From Octopus vulgaris (taxonomy: Eukaryota): DNA of 64,000 nt. The DNA lies in the NCBI GenBank assembly GCA_951406725.2, contig OX597835.1, forward strand, positions 4,712,001 to 4,776,000. The letters run 5' to 3'. Of this stretch, positions 1 to 12,590 are shown in pieces; the first letter of the stretch is position 1, and each line of letters starts with the position of its first letter. Below the pieces are notes generated by a model. It worked only from the letters and a program-made list of their open reading frames with translations. It was not told where the DNA came from and did no database searches. The translations under genes were made by a program, and so were the position numbers.

Positions 1-1136
1 GGACCTTTGTGCCCGAAATATAGAAAAAGTTTTAAACTTTCATCTCTCAGTTGTTAGAAGTTTTCATTTCATTTTACTTCTGTACAACAATGTTTTAAGC
101 AAACTACGACGTTCTTCTTTCTTATATACACATACAGATACTGAAAATAAGAATAATCCACTCCTATAAAGATGAAAAGCTCTCTTAGGTCACATAAGAG
201 TACCCCATTGCTCCAATCACTTTTCACTTTTTCTGAAACTGAGAGTTTGACGATCCTTATGAGCACTTTTGGTGTTAATCTGGATGAGAAATCTCCTTCG
301 TCTTTTTGTTTAGTTGCACTTCGGCTGTTCATAAACTTCTCGTATGGTTTTCATTAGTAGTTTCTCATATAACGGTTTCATAAAATCGGAGCCCGACTCT
401 TTCACAAGCATCACAACATTTCTTTCCTTTCGCTTCATTTCGTTCAACAGATCTGTCAGTTTTTCGTTTCAATACTTCTGCTATCAATGTTAACATAATT
501 TTTCTACATTTGGTAACGTTTGAATATCTGCTGTGTCTGCTTCTTCGCTCTTGTTCAGTTTCCTTTTTCTTATTTATCTAAAGTTCTGTGTTAATGTTTT
601 CACAAACTTTTTGCTTAAGGGAGCATTTTGGCGTGGTCACCTTTGTCGCTTGTACCCGTGACCCCTATCCCAGAAGATGAAGCCGCACTGAAACACCAGT
701 AAACGAATATTTATCAAATACAGAACAGGACAATATCCAAGGACAATTTTATTTTTCCAACTCAAAGTAAATGGAGTGAAGATTGAAATTTTTCGAAGCT
801 TTCCTTTTGTTGATAAAATATTCCAAAGAAATCAGTTTTATCCTTGAAATACGACAATACATATGCTATAAGAGAGCAATCAAACATCTGTTTATAGATG
901 TCCTCAAGTTCTACTCGACGGCATGAAATGAGTGGATATACAATAAAAAACATCCAACTATAACAGTTGATAGGAATTTTGGTTTATTAAAATATGCCAA
1001 AGCAACCTTCACGAGAGGAAAAAATAATACTTTGCTATATAAAGAAACATAAATAAGCGATCTGGACCAAAGACAAAGTTATAAGTATTTAGCAACTAAT
1101 AAAATTAGAGTATAACTCACCCAAATTACAGGGAGG

Positions 1137-1186
1137 AAAACACACCAACACCGGTTGTTTAGCGGTGGTTGTTAAGCGGGACGAAT

Positions 1187-1218
<32 letters not shown>

Positions 1219-1377
1219 GACGGGCTTCTTTTAGTTTCCGCCTGCCAAATCCACTTACAAGGCTTTGTTCGGTTCGACGCCATAGTAGAAGACACTTGCT
1301 CAAGGTGTCCCGCAGTCTCGGAACCCGAAACCATGTAGTTGGGAAGTAAGTTTCATATTACGTAACCACACTTGCGC
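1137..1377 (-). mobile_element. tRNA-derived CORE-type SINE (family A), diverged partial copy
   Basis: Minus strand has a degenerate tRNA head, then ACCTTGAGCAAGTGTCTTCTACTAT (CORE-like) and GTGGATTTGGCAGGCGGAAACT; matches other family A copies in the window. Confidence 0.8.
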
Positions 1378-1517
1378 ATATATATAAGCATGTTTTTTTT
1401 TTCTTTGTGACTCAATATATTATTTTTCTCCTTTGTTGCATTCAACCAGTCTGCAACAAAGAAACAAGTCGCTTTTGTTTAATTCAGGACGACTTTCGGT
1501 GTTAATTGATATCTGAA

Positions 1518-1519
<2 letters not shown>

Positions 1520-1593
<74 letters not shown>

Positions 1594-1606
1594 TGTGTGT
1601 GTGTGT
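1520..1606. repeat. (GT)n microsatellite
   Basis: Direct reading. Confidence 0.95.
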
Positions 1607-1974
1607 TTCATGCAATTGATTGCATGTTCAAATATATGTTTATTCAGTCCAAAGCGAACATTTTGCTCTGCAATAGTCTAATTAATCAATAACAGTTAAG
1701 TGAAATATATATCATTAACGATCAATAGTGATTGCATGTTGATTCTATAGAATTTGTGTGAGAAATATTGAACAAATTTGTAAAGAATTGAAGAAGAAGA
1801 AACACTAGGCGAAACGAATTGTTTCAAGTTAAAGCCGATATGTCTACATGTTGTTACTTGTACAATGAACTGCGTAAGGACGATGTAATATTACTTTGAA
1901 TATATCTTCCTCTGTCTCTCTCACACACACATACATACGCGCGCGCGCGTGCACACACACACGCACACTCACGA

Positions 1975-2100
1975 TGAGTTTCTGCGCAGAACCGTCTACC
2001 AAATTTCTCAAGGCACGGGTCGAGCAGAAGCTAGGATAAAGGATATTTGCCTTTAATGCCACGTTGAGAGATCAAACTCGGAACTTCGTAACTGCAAAGT
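1975..2100 (-). mobile_element. Very diverged SINE family A head fragment
   Basis: ccgtctaccaaat...caaggc...tgccacg...gaac resembles family A. Confidence 0.5.
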
Positions 2101-3267
2101 CCTGGATTCGCCTATAAGTGCAACTAACATAGCCCAATGATGCATCCCTCTATGGACTTACTTTCAGCTATGGACACTTTCTTGATTATCATGTTATTCG
2201 ATTCCGGGAGTAGGGGTTGCAATATATTAGGAGTTTGTTGCATATTAGGAGGCCAGGGTACTTGATTCCACGCAAAAAATCCGAGTTTTTTTTTTCTTAG
2301 TGAAAATCGTGCGGGTGAAAGAATCAAATAATACCGAAAAAAGAACCACAGAAAAGAAAATCTTCAGTAAAATAACTGGTTTCAATTTTGTTTCATTGTT
2401 TATTTAAGATATTAAATAAAACCAGATTTATTTTCATATTTCGTTTAATACCTTGAATTTTTGGGGGTGTTATATAAATTCTGCTATTGTCGGCAAATCA
2501 TTTTAAGAAGTAACTTAACTGTTAAAAAAAATAATAAATGCGCCCTTTATAGTGGGTAAATGAGTAAGATGAAATGGTTTAAAATTACAGTGAAAAAATA
2601 TTTAAGTCAGCAAATTGAAAAATAAAAATAAATTTAGACTATAGTAGATCAGGAGTAGACTAGGTTTGTATTCTAAAAGCCTATTATAGGATATACTTAG
2701 TTTATTTATAATATGCGGGGTAAGCTACTATAAGAAAATATTTAATAATTAAATACAATTTTATAATTATTAGACTAGAATTGATATAATTTATCATGGG
2801 AGTTATTGTGTGAGATTGGTAACTGATCAAAACTATTGGTTAGAAATTTTATTAATAATCAGACCATTTTAAAATAGAGGCTAAATAGCATAGATATTAT
2901 TATCTATTTAATTATCAGGCTTTGAATATTAATTAAGGGGAATTAAGAAGAGCTAATTATGTGAATATTCCTAGCTAAAAAAAAAACTTATCAATTAGCA
3001 CACATATCAAGAGCCTTTAAAATATTTTCAAGTGTAATGGAAGGGAGGTAACCAAGATGAACTTAATAATTTTACTAGATATATGGAATTTATGCAATCC
3101 TTTAAAGAAAGTTTTAAAATATTTTATTTCTCTTTATTCAATTTATTTATATTATTAAATTTCTCAATAATCTATGCAGGTTAAATAAAAACTAGTATGG
3201 TATATTATTTCCTTATTTGGTTACAAAACATTAACATTTGAAAATTTAGGAATAGTCAGAATTCTAT

Positions 3268-3909
3268 TATTTAAAATACTTAAAAGTACGGGTGGTATAA
3301 TGTATGCAGGATGATCTTAGATCAAAACGGTTATTCAATAAGTTTATATTATTCCTATGTTTCAAAATTTCATATGTCTCCATAGAACAAAGTTCACATC
3401 CATCTCAACTATTTTTATAAGGCTGTGCCTTTCTTATTATATCCCATTTAAGGTGAAACTCGATACTTTATCCTTTCAATTCCCAAATTTTACTAGACAG
3501 CGTTGTGCAACCCACCTTATATTTAAGTCTAAAACTAGATAAATGATTATTTAAGCGTTTTTTCAGGTCTATCGAACATCCGAAATAAAAATAGTTTTTA
3601 TTTGAAGTCATTACTTTACATTTATAAATTACGTTTTGGACTAGACACCGACCAGATACCGGACATCTTGATCTAATTCTACAATTACAACTGGGTAATG
3701 ATTTCTGATATTAGCATTATTTAGGAACAAGCTGTTTTCATTGTTATTATTAGAGCTATTATTAACATTAGTATTATTTCCCTTATCTATAATTATATTG
3801 TTATGTAAGTTAGGGTTGTTTGTTATTAATTTTTTCTCCATTCTCTCACTTTCCACATTTTTATTATCGTTTATATTATTGATATTATTATTGTTATTGT
3901 TTATATTAA

Positions 3910-3952
<43 letters not shown>

Positions 3953-4596
3953 GCTATTTACAACATTTCTGGCTAACTTAATATTTTTTCTATTTAATCT
4001 AGCTATGATGGTACCTATATTTGGAAGAGTAGAATATGATATTCTAACTAATTTACTAGAAATTATTTTATAATATTTATGGGAAGAGGGAAGTTTGTTT
4101 CTAGTATGGACATAAATTTGCCATATATGTTAGTAGAAAGTTCCCAGTTGAAGGGAATATTCAACCATACAACATTTTTTCTTTTTATTTTTTTTATTTG
4201 AGTAAGGATGGGAAAGATTTATGTTATCTATATCCTTCAGAGTTTTGTTATCTTTAGTCTTATATATATATTTATTAGGTTTTTTTTTCATCTGTGGGAA
4301 AGATTATTATATTATTATTTGTATTTATTTTATTTAACTTAACCTTTTTATACTTATTTATGTCCTGTTTACCATTTCCATTTATTGCAACAGGTTTATA
4401 TGCTAGGTTATCTGCTTTGGTTGATTTATATTTTTTTAAAGTTGAAGATTCTATATTATTTGAGCTATTTCTATTCAATTCCTCATTTAAAAGATTTATA
4501 TTATCAAGATCTAGGAAGGTGATTTCCTGGTTATATCCTGCTCTAGATAAAACAACATTGTAATGATGTGAGTGAGAATTGAAGATTTCATTGTCT
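3268..4596 (-). mobile_element. Penelope-like element remnant, Naiad-type (RT thumb/linker + GIY-YIG endonuclease), with frameshifts and stops
   Basis: Manual minus-strand translation: NEIFNSHSHHYNVVLSRAGYNQEI; RKNVVWLNIPFNWELSTNIYGKFMSILETNFP/SHKYYKIISSKLVRISYSTLPNIGTII; CNCRIRSRCPVSGRCLVQNVIYKCKV..YFYFG...KKRLNNHLSSF...TTLSSKIWELK...KWDII...CELC..ETYEI...LLNNR...SCIH. The AT-rich 2330-3267 stretch may be its 3' UTR. Confidence 0.8.
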
Positions 4597-4716
4597 AACA
4601 ATAAAAATCTTTAATTCTCTCTCACATCATTACAATGTTGTTTTATCTAGAGCAGGATATAACCAGGAAATCACCTTCCTAGATCTTGATAATATAAATC
4701 TTTTAAATTAGGAATT
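4477..4716. repeat. ~240-bp near-perfect fold-back palindrome at the 5' truncation of the Naiad remnant
   Basis: 4477-4594 is the reverse complement of 4598-4716 with a few mismatches; followed by an (AT)-rich microsatellite. Confidence 0.95.
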
Positions 4717-4794
4717 AAATATATATATAAATATATAAATATGTATGTAAATATGTATATATATATATGTATATATATAAATATATATTTATAA

Positions 4795-4835
<41 letters not shown>

Positions 4836-4856
4836 TAAATATATATTTATAAATAC

Positions 4857-4907
<51 letters not shown>

Positions 4908-5006
4908 CATAGCCCCACGCCGACTGAAGCTTTGTGATTGAATTCGGTAGGCGGAAGTTACTGCCGTGTGTGTATGTGTACGTATAGCTGCTCAGTGCAG
5001 CTATAC

Positions 5007-5073
<67 letters not shown>

Positions 5074-5100
5074 TATATATTTATATATATACATATATAA

Positions 5101-5297
5101 CGTGAACTTGACCTCTGGCTCACGGAGATCCCGGATGAGCGAATATCTAGGCAGGAAACTCAAAAGTGGGCAGTAACATCAAACACCATCCTTCACGAAA
5201 AGCCGCTCTGCCAAAGGTGGAGAATGGAAAGATGATCACAATGCTGGTGCTCCAGCATGGCCACAGTCATTTGACTGAAGCATATAAAAGAATAAAT
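5101..5297 (+). mobile_element. 3' end of a CR1-group LINE whose tail matches the SINE family A tail
   Basis: Encodes ELDLWLTEIPDE (compare KLDLFLSGVPDEP at ~15333), then GGTGCTCCAGCATGGCCACAGTCATTTGACTGAA. Confidence 0.75.
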
Positions 5298-5490
5298 GGT
5301 AAAAAGAATATATATATATATATATATATATATAGATAGATAGATAGATAGATATGTATATATATATATATATATATTGATAAAACAGTAAGATAACAAA
5401 AGAAAGAAAGAGACCTCAATATTATGTAAATAGAGGAAATTTATCTATACAATATGTTACATTATTACCGAGTAATGTAACATATTGTAT

Positions 5491-5494
<4 letters not shown>

Positions 5495-5526
<32 letters not shown>

Positions 5527-5552
5527 GTGTATATATAAATATGTATTCATAG

Positions 5553-5594
<42 letters not shown>

Positions 5595-5620
5595 GTGTAT
5601 ATATAAATATGTATTCATAG

Positions 5621-5660
<40 letters not shown>

Positions 5661-5686
5661 GTGTATATATAAATATGTATTCATAG

Positions 5687-5724
<38 letters not shown>

Positions 5725-5854
5725 GTGTATATATAAATATGTATTCATAGAAATATAAATATATATATATATATAAATGTGTATATATAAATATGTATTC
5801 ATAGAAATATAAATATATATATATATATAAATGTGTATATATAAATATGTATTC

Positions 5855-5891
<37 letters not shown>

Positions 5892-5974
5892 AATGTGTAT
5901 ATATAAATATGTATTCATAGAAATATAAATATATATATATATATAAATGTGTATATATAAATATGTATTCATAG

Positions 5975-6010
<36 letters not shown>

Positions 6011-6091
6011 GTGTATATATAAATATGTATTCATAGAAATATAAATATATATATATATATAAATGTGTATATATAAATATGTATTCATAGA

Positions 6092-6122
<31 letters not shown>

Positions 6123-6256
6123 GTGTATATATAAATATGTATTCATAGAAATATAAATATATATATATATATAAATGTGTATATATAAATATGTATTCAT
6201 AGAAATATAAATATATATATATATATAAATGTGTATATATAAATATGTATTCATAG

Positions 6257-6296
<40 letters not shown>

Positions 6297-6376
6297 GTGT
6301 ATATATAAATATGTATTCATAGAAATATAAATATATATATATATATAAATGTGTATATATAAATATGTATTCATAG

Positions 6377-6412
<36 letters not shown>

Positions 6413-6438
6413 GTGTATATATAAATATGTATTCATAG

Positions 6439-6499
<61 letters not shown>
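5495..6499. repeat. Compound minisatellite: (TA)n + AATGTGTATATATAAATATGTATTCATAGAAAT, ~17 units of ~55-65 bp
   Basis: Direct reading. Confidence 0.95.
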
Positions 6500-6501
<2 letters not shown>

Positions 6502-7748
6502 GACTGGGTGTTGAGGGAGTTACTCTATAACTCAAATGTGGACGTAATATACCTTGAATTTGAAAAAGATTTTCACAAATTCGATCATGATATGATATGC
6601 CACAAACTGCATGATCTCGGCATAGCTGGAAAACTTGGAGAGTGGCTGCATGACTTTCTGAGAGATAGAAGTCAGGCAGTAGTGGATAATGGCGCCACCT
6701 CTATGAAAACACAAATAGTGAGCAGTGTTCCACAGGGCACTGTCTTGGTACCACTGCTTTTTATAGTGGTCCTCTTAGATATACTTTCAAGTGCTTAGAT
6801 ATCCACCCTTGCAAGATACACAGACGATACGAAAGTCTCGCAGAAAATATAGAACCCCAGCGATGTTGCACAATTTCCAGATGGGCTGAGGATAACAATA
6901 TGCAGTTGATTGCTGAAAAATTCCAAGTCCTGCGCTACCAGCGTTCAAAACTGAATATAAAACTTACAGAGTACACTGGTCCACAGGGGATTAGAATACT
7001 TGATTCTAAAACAGTGAGGGATCTAGGTATCAACATCAGTGATGATAACTCTTTCCAAGTGCACATTACCAAGATGTCGACAAAGTGCAGACGACTGGCT
7101 GGATGGACCCTGATAACGTTCAGGATCAGAGAGAAGAAAACCACGATGGTCTTCTGGATGATATTCGTCATCGGCTGCCTGGATTACTGCTCCCAGCTCT
7201 GGTCACCCAACAGTGTAAGATTAACAGCGGGCCTTGAAGCAATCCAGCTACTGGGAAAGGCTGAAACAACTAAGACTCTACAGCTAAGACTGAAACAGCT
7301 AAGACTCCCTGGAGAGAAGGCGAGAGATGTATGCATTAATATGCATCTGGAAGATCTTGGAAGGATTTTTGCCAAGTTTTGGCATTGAAAGCTACACCAA
7401 TTCCAGAACTGCACCGTGCCAAATATCCCAGCAATGCCATCGCGCTCCAGATCCAGTTACTGCAACAGCCTGGATTTCAGGGGCCCACAGCTTTTTAATA
7501 TTCACTCAAAAGGGCCCGGGAGAGCTACACAAAGTGGTTGTAGGTGTTTTCAAATCGAAACTGGACCTCTTTCTGTCGAGAGTCCCAGAGGATCCTACTT
7601 CGCGGCAAGAGGTGCAAATGAGGGTAGCTACATCAAACTCCCTTATTCCCCAAATGCCACATGTTAGTAGAGACTCTCAATAATATTAGTGTAGCAAAAA
7701 GTCGGTGCCCCAGCATGGCCGCTTCTCTGAGCTGAAACTACAAAAAAC
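6500..7748 (+). mobile_element. CR1-group LINE, 5'-truncated and decayed (RT C-terminal half + 3' UTR)
   Basis: [40 protein letters not shown]; 3' tail CGGTGCCCCAGCATGGCC..GAGCTGAAAC; flanked by (TA)n. Confidence 0.9.
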
Positions 7749-7761
7749 AATACATATATAC

Positions 7762-7800
<39 letters not shown>

Positions 7801-7810
7801 TACATACATA

Positions 7811-7856
<46 letters not shown>

Positions 7857-7857
<1 letters not shown>

Positions 7858-8700
7858 TAGCGGCTAAGCCCGGTTTCACCCGGTCTGTTTGGATGATGTG
7901 GCTGTGATCGTTTTCGGTTAGGCATAATATATAACAGTGTTTCTCAACCTTATCATTTCAGGTCCCCTGAATCGAGTTTTCTCGGTAAGTATGACGGCTA
8001 GGGAAAAAGTACAGACTGCATTTCAAGCTATGCACCCGTCTCCACATGGGTGCCATTTTTCACACGAATCCACCCAGCCGTTTGGCTGTGAACCTCAAGA
8101 CAAGAAAGAATACAACGATCAACCATGTCCAATTTATATAATATATAATATATATATATATATACGAAAAAAGTTTTGAAAATGCAATTTAAAAGATGTT
8201 TATTTACTTTACCGGTTTCACTCTTTGGAAAAAGATTGTCAAAAGTAACATGTAGAAGTTTGGTTGCGTTAATTATTGGTTGTTGCAAATTGCTACATTA
8301 CATATATACAGTCTTTGGTAACAGGGACATGTTAAGGACATGAAAAAGTTTAACAAGTTCCTTAAAATATTGGGCACAAAAGATTACTACATGAATAATC
8401 TTCCTCAAGGACATGCTTAAGATAGTTTCCAGAAGGAATTGATATTGGTATTGGTATTGTATCTGTATATTCAAACATGCACAGAATATTGGTTGACACA
8501 GAGTACTACAATCCATATAAATATACATTCTTTGGTGACAAGAGTATGTTGAGAATATAAAAAAGTTTAACAAGCTCATTGAAATAATGGGCACAAAAGA
8601 TTACGACAAATATATTATACATCTCAAGATAATTTCCAGGAGGAATTATTAAAAAAGTTCAGTATATACGTACAGAATATTATGAGTTCAAAACGATTTA
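7857..8700 (-). mobile_element. Probable non-autonomous Helitron (3' end at 7857), 5' end not located
   Basis: CTAG terminus with adjacent CCGG-TTTCAC-CCGG hairpin like the other Helitron ends here; internal degenerate ~230-bp repeat (8335-8440 vs 8565-8650). Confidence 0.5.
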
Positions 8701-8752
8701 CATTATAATCGTGGTGAAGCTAAAACTGACCTGTCCGATATGGTAAAAGAAG

Positions 8753-9294
8753 TAATGTGGAACTGAAAAGAATTTACCCTTTTTCTTTTTTTTGTCTCTC
8801 CTTCAAGGATCAATGATTTTGGGGTCAGGATGGGGTGAGTGTGTGTGTGTCTTTGTGTGTGTGTGTATGTGCGTGCATACATACATATGTGGTGTGAATA
8901 GATGTGTCTGTGTGTTTGTAAGATCTGGTAGGATGGTGTGTCCGTTTGTCAACCGCGTGTGTGGTTGTCTTGGTGTTGTGTGTGTGTGTGTATGTATGCA
9001 TGTGTGTGGATGGCATTTGGCATGGTGCTGCGTGTGTATATGTGTGCCCGTTTGTGTGTGTGTGTTAATGTTTATTAGTGTGTTGCGTGTGCGTTAGTGT
9101 GTATGTGTTTGTTCGTATGTGTGTCCATGTCTGTTGGGTGTATCTGTGTGGCATGCGTGTATATGCGTTTTGCGTGTGTTGGTATTGAGTATGTGCTTGT
9201 GTGTGTGCGTACACACGGTGTGGGTGTACGCGTCTGTGTGTGTATATACATGTATACATGTGTCTACGCGTGTGTGCGGGCCATACACACACAC

Positions 9295-9347
<53 letters not shown>

Positions 9348-12292
9348 TACATATACATACCTCACACATATATACATACCACACACATATATACATTACA
9401 CACACACACACCATACACACACACACACAACACATATATATAATATATATGTATATATAATATACATATATATAACATATATAAATATATATAAATCATC
9501 CATACGCTACGAGACAATCATGACGTCACAATAAAGGAAGCAGATAAGGGTAGTACGGTCGTTATTATGAATACTGAGCAATATAAAAACTCTGTATCTC
9601 ACCTTTTAGAGGATACTACCTACTATGAAAGAGTACTCGACTACCAGCAATCCAAACCAATGACCAAATTGAAGGCACTCATTTACCAACACCGGAATGA
9701 CTTAACGGCAAAGGAATGCGACTACATAAACTTTAATTGCAAAACCAGCACATTCTATGGGCTTCCAAAAATACACAAGAATGAAATTATCATAGAAGCT
9801 TGCAAAAAGTACACTTTAACCTGCATCACTATACCACATCCCACTAATCTCAAACTGAGACAAATAGTGGCAGGCCCAAGTTGTGAAACACACAGACTTA
9901 GCAACTTTATCGATATCATCCTAAAACCAATACTGAAACACATTCCAGGTATTGTAAGAGATGACCTTGACCTATTAAATCATCTCCCCAAACATACCGA
10001 TAAAGACACTTTAATCGTTTCCTTTGATGTAATAAACCTTTACACCACAATCCCACATGAATATGGACTGGGAGCCATTAAATTCTGGCTGGATAAATAT
10101 CCCAATGAGATCCCGGAAAGAATAAAAAAAGAATTCATCATTGAGGTCCTCAAATTTATTCTGCAAAACAACTTCATGAATTTCAATAATAACACTTACA
10201 GACAGGTTTCAGGAACTGCAATGGGTACGAAAGTTTCCCCTACCTATGCAAACCTGGTGATGGCCTACCTGGAATCACATATTTATGAAAAATCAAATAT
10301 TAGTACGGCCAGTCTTTCCACAAATAACTGTTAGAGAACTGGAAACGCTACTTAGATGATTGCCTCATCCTATGGTCCCACACACTCGACCAACTTATTG
10401 ACTTCAAAAACCTTATCAACAGTGTAAATAACCACATTCAATTCACAATAGAATATAGTCAGGACCAACTCCCTTTTCTTGACATTCTAATCATTAAAAA
10501 AGGCGTCAACATTGAAACTGACATCCATTACAAACCCACTGACTCTAAACAATACCTTCTATTCACCTCCAATCACCCAAAACACACAAAGACAAATATC
10601 CCCTTCAACTTAGCGAGAAGAATCTGCACAATCGTCTCAAATGACACAACACGAAATAGAAGACTCCGGGAACTAAGGGCAATTCTTCTCGAAAGACATT
10701 ACCCGGCATCACTAGTGGACAACGGAATAGAACGGGCCAAATCAATTAACACTCAAGACTTACGAAAACCTAAACACATCCACAGAACAGTAAATAGCCT
10801 CCCCTATCTCTCAACACACAACCCAAGAAATGCAGAAGCTTGCACTATTATATACAACATTCCACAGCTAAATCAAGACCCACGCCTAAAAAAATTACTT
10901 GCAGCTCATAAAATAATAAAAAGTAAGAGACAACCTAAATCCCTAAAAAACCTCCTCATCAACGCAAAATTACACAACACAGACCCACCGCCCACCGTCA
11001 AAAAATGTGGTCGTCCCAACTGCAGGACTTGCATCCACCTCATTGAGGGATCGACGTACAAGTTCCGGTCGGGACACACATTCATCATAAAAAATAATTT
11101 CACGTGCGCATCAAAAAATTTACTCTACGTCATAAGGTGTGAAGGGTGCCACGAAGACTACATAGGGCAACCGAGCCTTACCCTCAGAGAAAGAATGACA
11201 GTTCACCGCCAACAACCGAGGGACCACTCCACAAGACAGATACCACTAAGTGGACACTTAGACCTCTGTGCACACAATAAGTCCCCCAAATTCTTAGTTT
11301 TCCCACTATACCAATGCCCGGACAACACCACAGACCAAACCCGAATAAATAGGGAAAATAATCTTATTCAAAAATACAGACCACAACTAAACATACCCCC
11401 CAGGCACACATCCAAAACAAACACACAAAGACACACGCACACTCGCACCGTATCATGCAAACAAATACATACACACATCAGCACACATGCAGCACACTAA
11501 CAAACATTGACCACACACATACACAACACACATACGCACACATTATATATATGTATGTATATGTATGCCTTGTGTGTGTGTGTATATGTATATATGTATG
11601 CATTATATGTATGTATGTATTTATGTGTGTATCTATGTTGTATATATGTATGTATATTTTGTGTGTGTGTATTATATATATGTATGTTGTGTGTGTGTGT
11701 GTATATTATATGTATATGTGTGTTGTATGTGTGTGTGTTGTGTATGTGTGTGTGTGGTGTGTGTGTAATGTATATATGTGTGTGGTATGTATATGTATGA
11801 TATGTATATATATATATATATGTAGTGTGTATGTATGGCCCGCACACACGCGTAGACACATGTATACATGTATATACACACACAAAGACGCGTACACCCA
11901 CACCGTGTGTACGCACACACACAAGCACATACTCAATACCAACAGACGCAAAACGCATATACACGCATGCCACACAGATACACCTAACAGACATGGACAC
12001 ACATACGAACAAACACATACACACTAACGCACACGCAACACACTAATAAACATTAACCACACACACACACACACAAACGGGCACACATATACACACACCA
12101 TCGTACCCCAAAAAATTCTTTAAATAACACATCTATTTACACCACCCTGGAACCAATCAAAAACAGCCCCCACACACAAACACATGTATACATATATATG
12201 CACACACACAAGGACACACACACTCACACCAATCTCACCTCCACACAGACACACATATACACACGCAGCACCATGCCAAATGCCATCCACAC

Positions 12293-12323
<31 letters not shown>

Positions 12324-12426
12324 CAACACCAAGACAACCACACACGCGGTTGACAAACGGACACACCATCCTACCAGATCTTACAGACACACAGACACAT
12401 CTATTCACACCACATACGTATGTATG

Positions 12427-12460
<34 letters not shown>

Positions 12461-12548
12461 GACACACACACTCACCCCATCCTGACCCCAAAATCATTGA
12501 TGCTTGAAGGAGAGACAAAAAAAAAGGGTAAATTCTTTTCAGTTCCAC

Positions 12549-12552
<4 letters not shown>
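8753..12552 (+). mobile_element. Penelope-like element (Neptune-type), 5'-truncated, with inverted copy of its 3' region at the 5' end
   Basis: RT and GIY-YIG coding region; 8753-~9470 is the reverse complement of ~11600-12552; ends in (TA)n. Confidence 0.92.
9493..11400 (+). pseudogene. PLE reverse transcriptase + GIY-YIG endonuclease, frameshifted near 10300
   Basis: IKEADKGSTVVIM, FYGLPKIHK, SFDVINLYT, GTAMGT, WKRYLDDC (~10340), LPFLDI, CGRPNCRTC, FTCASKNLLYVIRCEGCHEDYIGQ..LRERMTVH..RE..LN. Confidence 0.92.

Positions 12553-12589
<37 letters not shown>

Positions 12590-12590
<1 letters not shown>

Noticed and set aside
1-660. Purine-rich minus strand resembling a decayed LINE ORF1
   Set aside because: Many stops and no diagnostic motif within the window
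2330-3267. Very AT-rich tract suggesting a NUMT or a hammerhead-bearing pLTR
   Set aside because: No mitochondrial gene or tRNA recognised and no CTGANGA..GAAA fold found; best read as the PLE 3' flank
3400-3415. In-frame TGA in the Naiad-type endonuclease as possible selenocysteine (some Naiads encode selenoproteins)
   Set aside because: The TGA is three codons before the CxxC, not at a Cys position; the copy also has a TAA and frameshifts, and I saw no SECIS
5495-6499. Regular repeat-spacer pattern resembling a CRISPR array
   Set aside because: Spacers are only (TA)n; eukaryotic context; no cas genes
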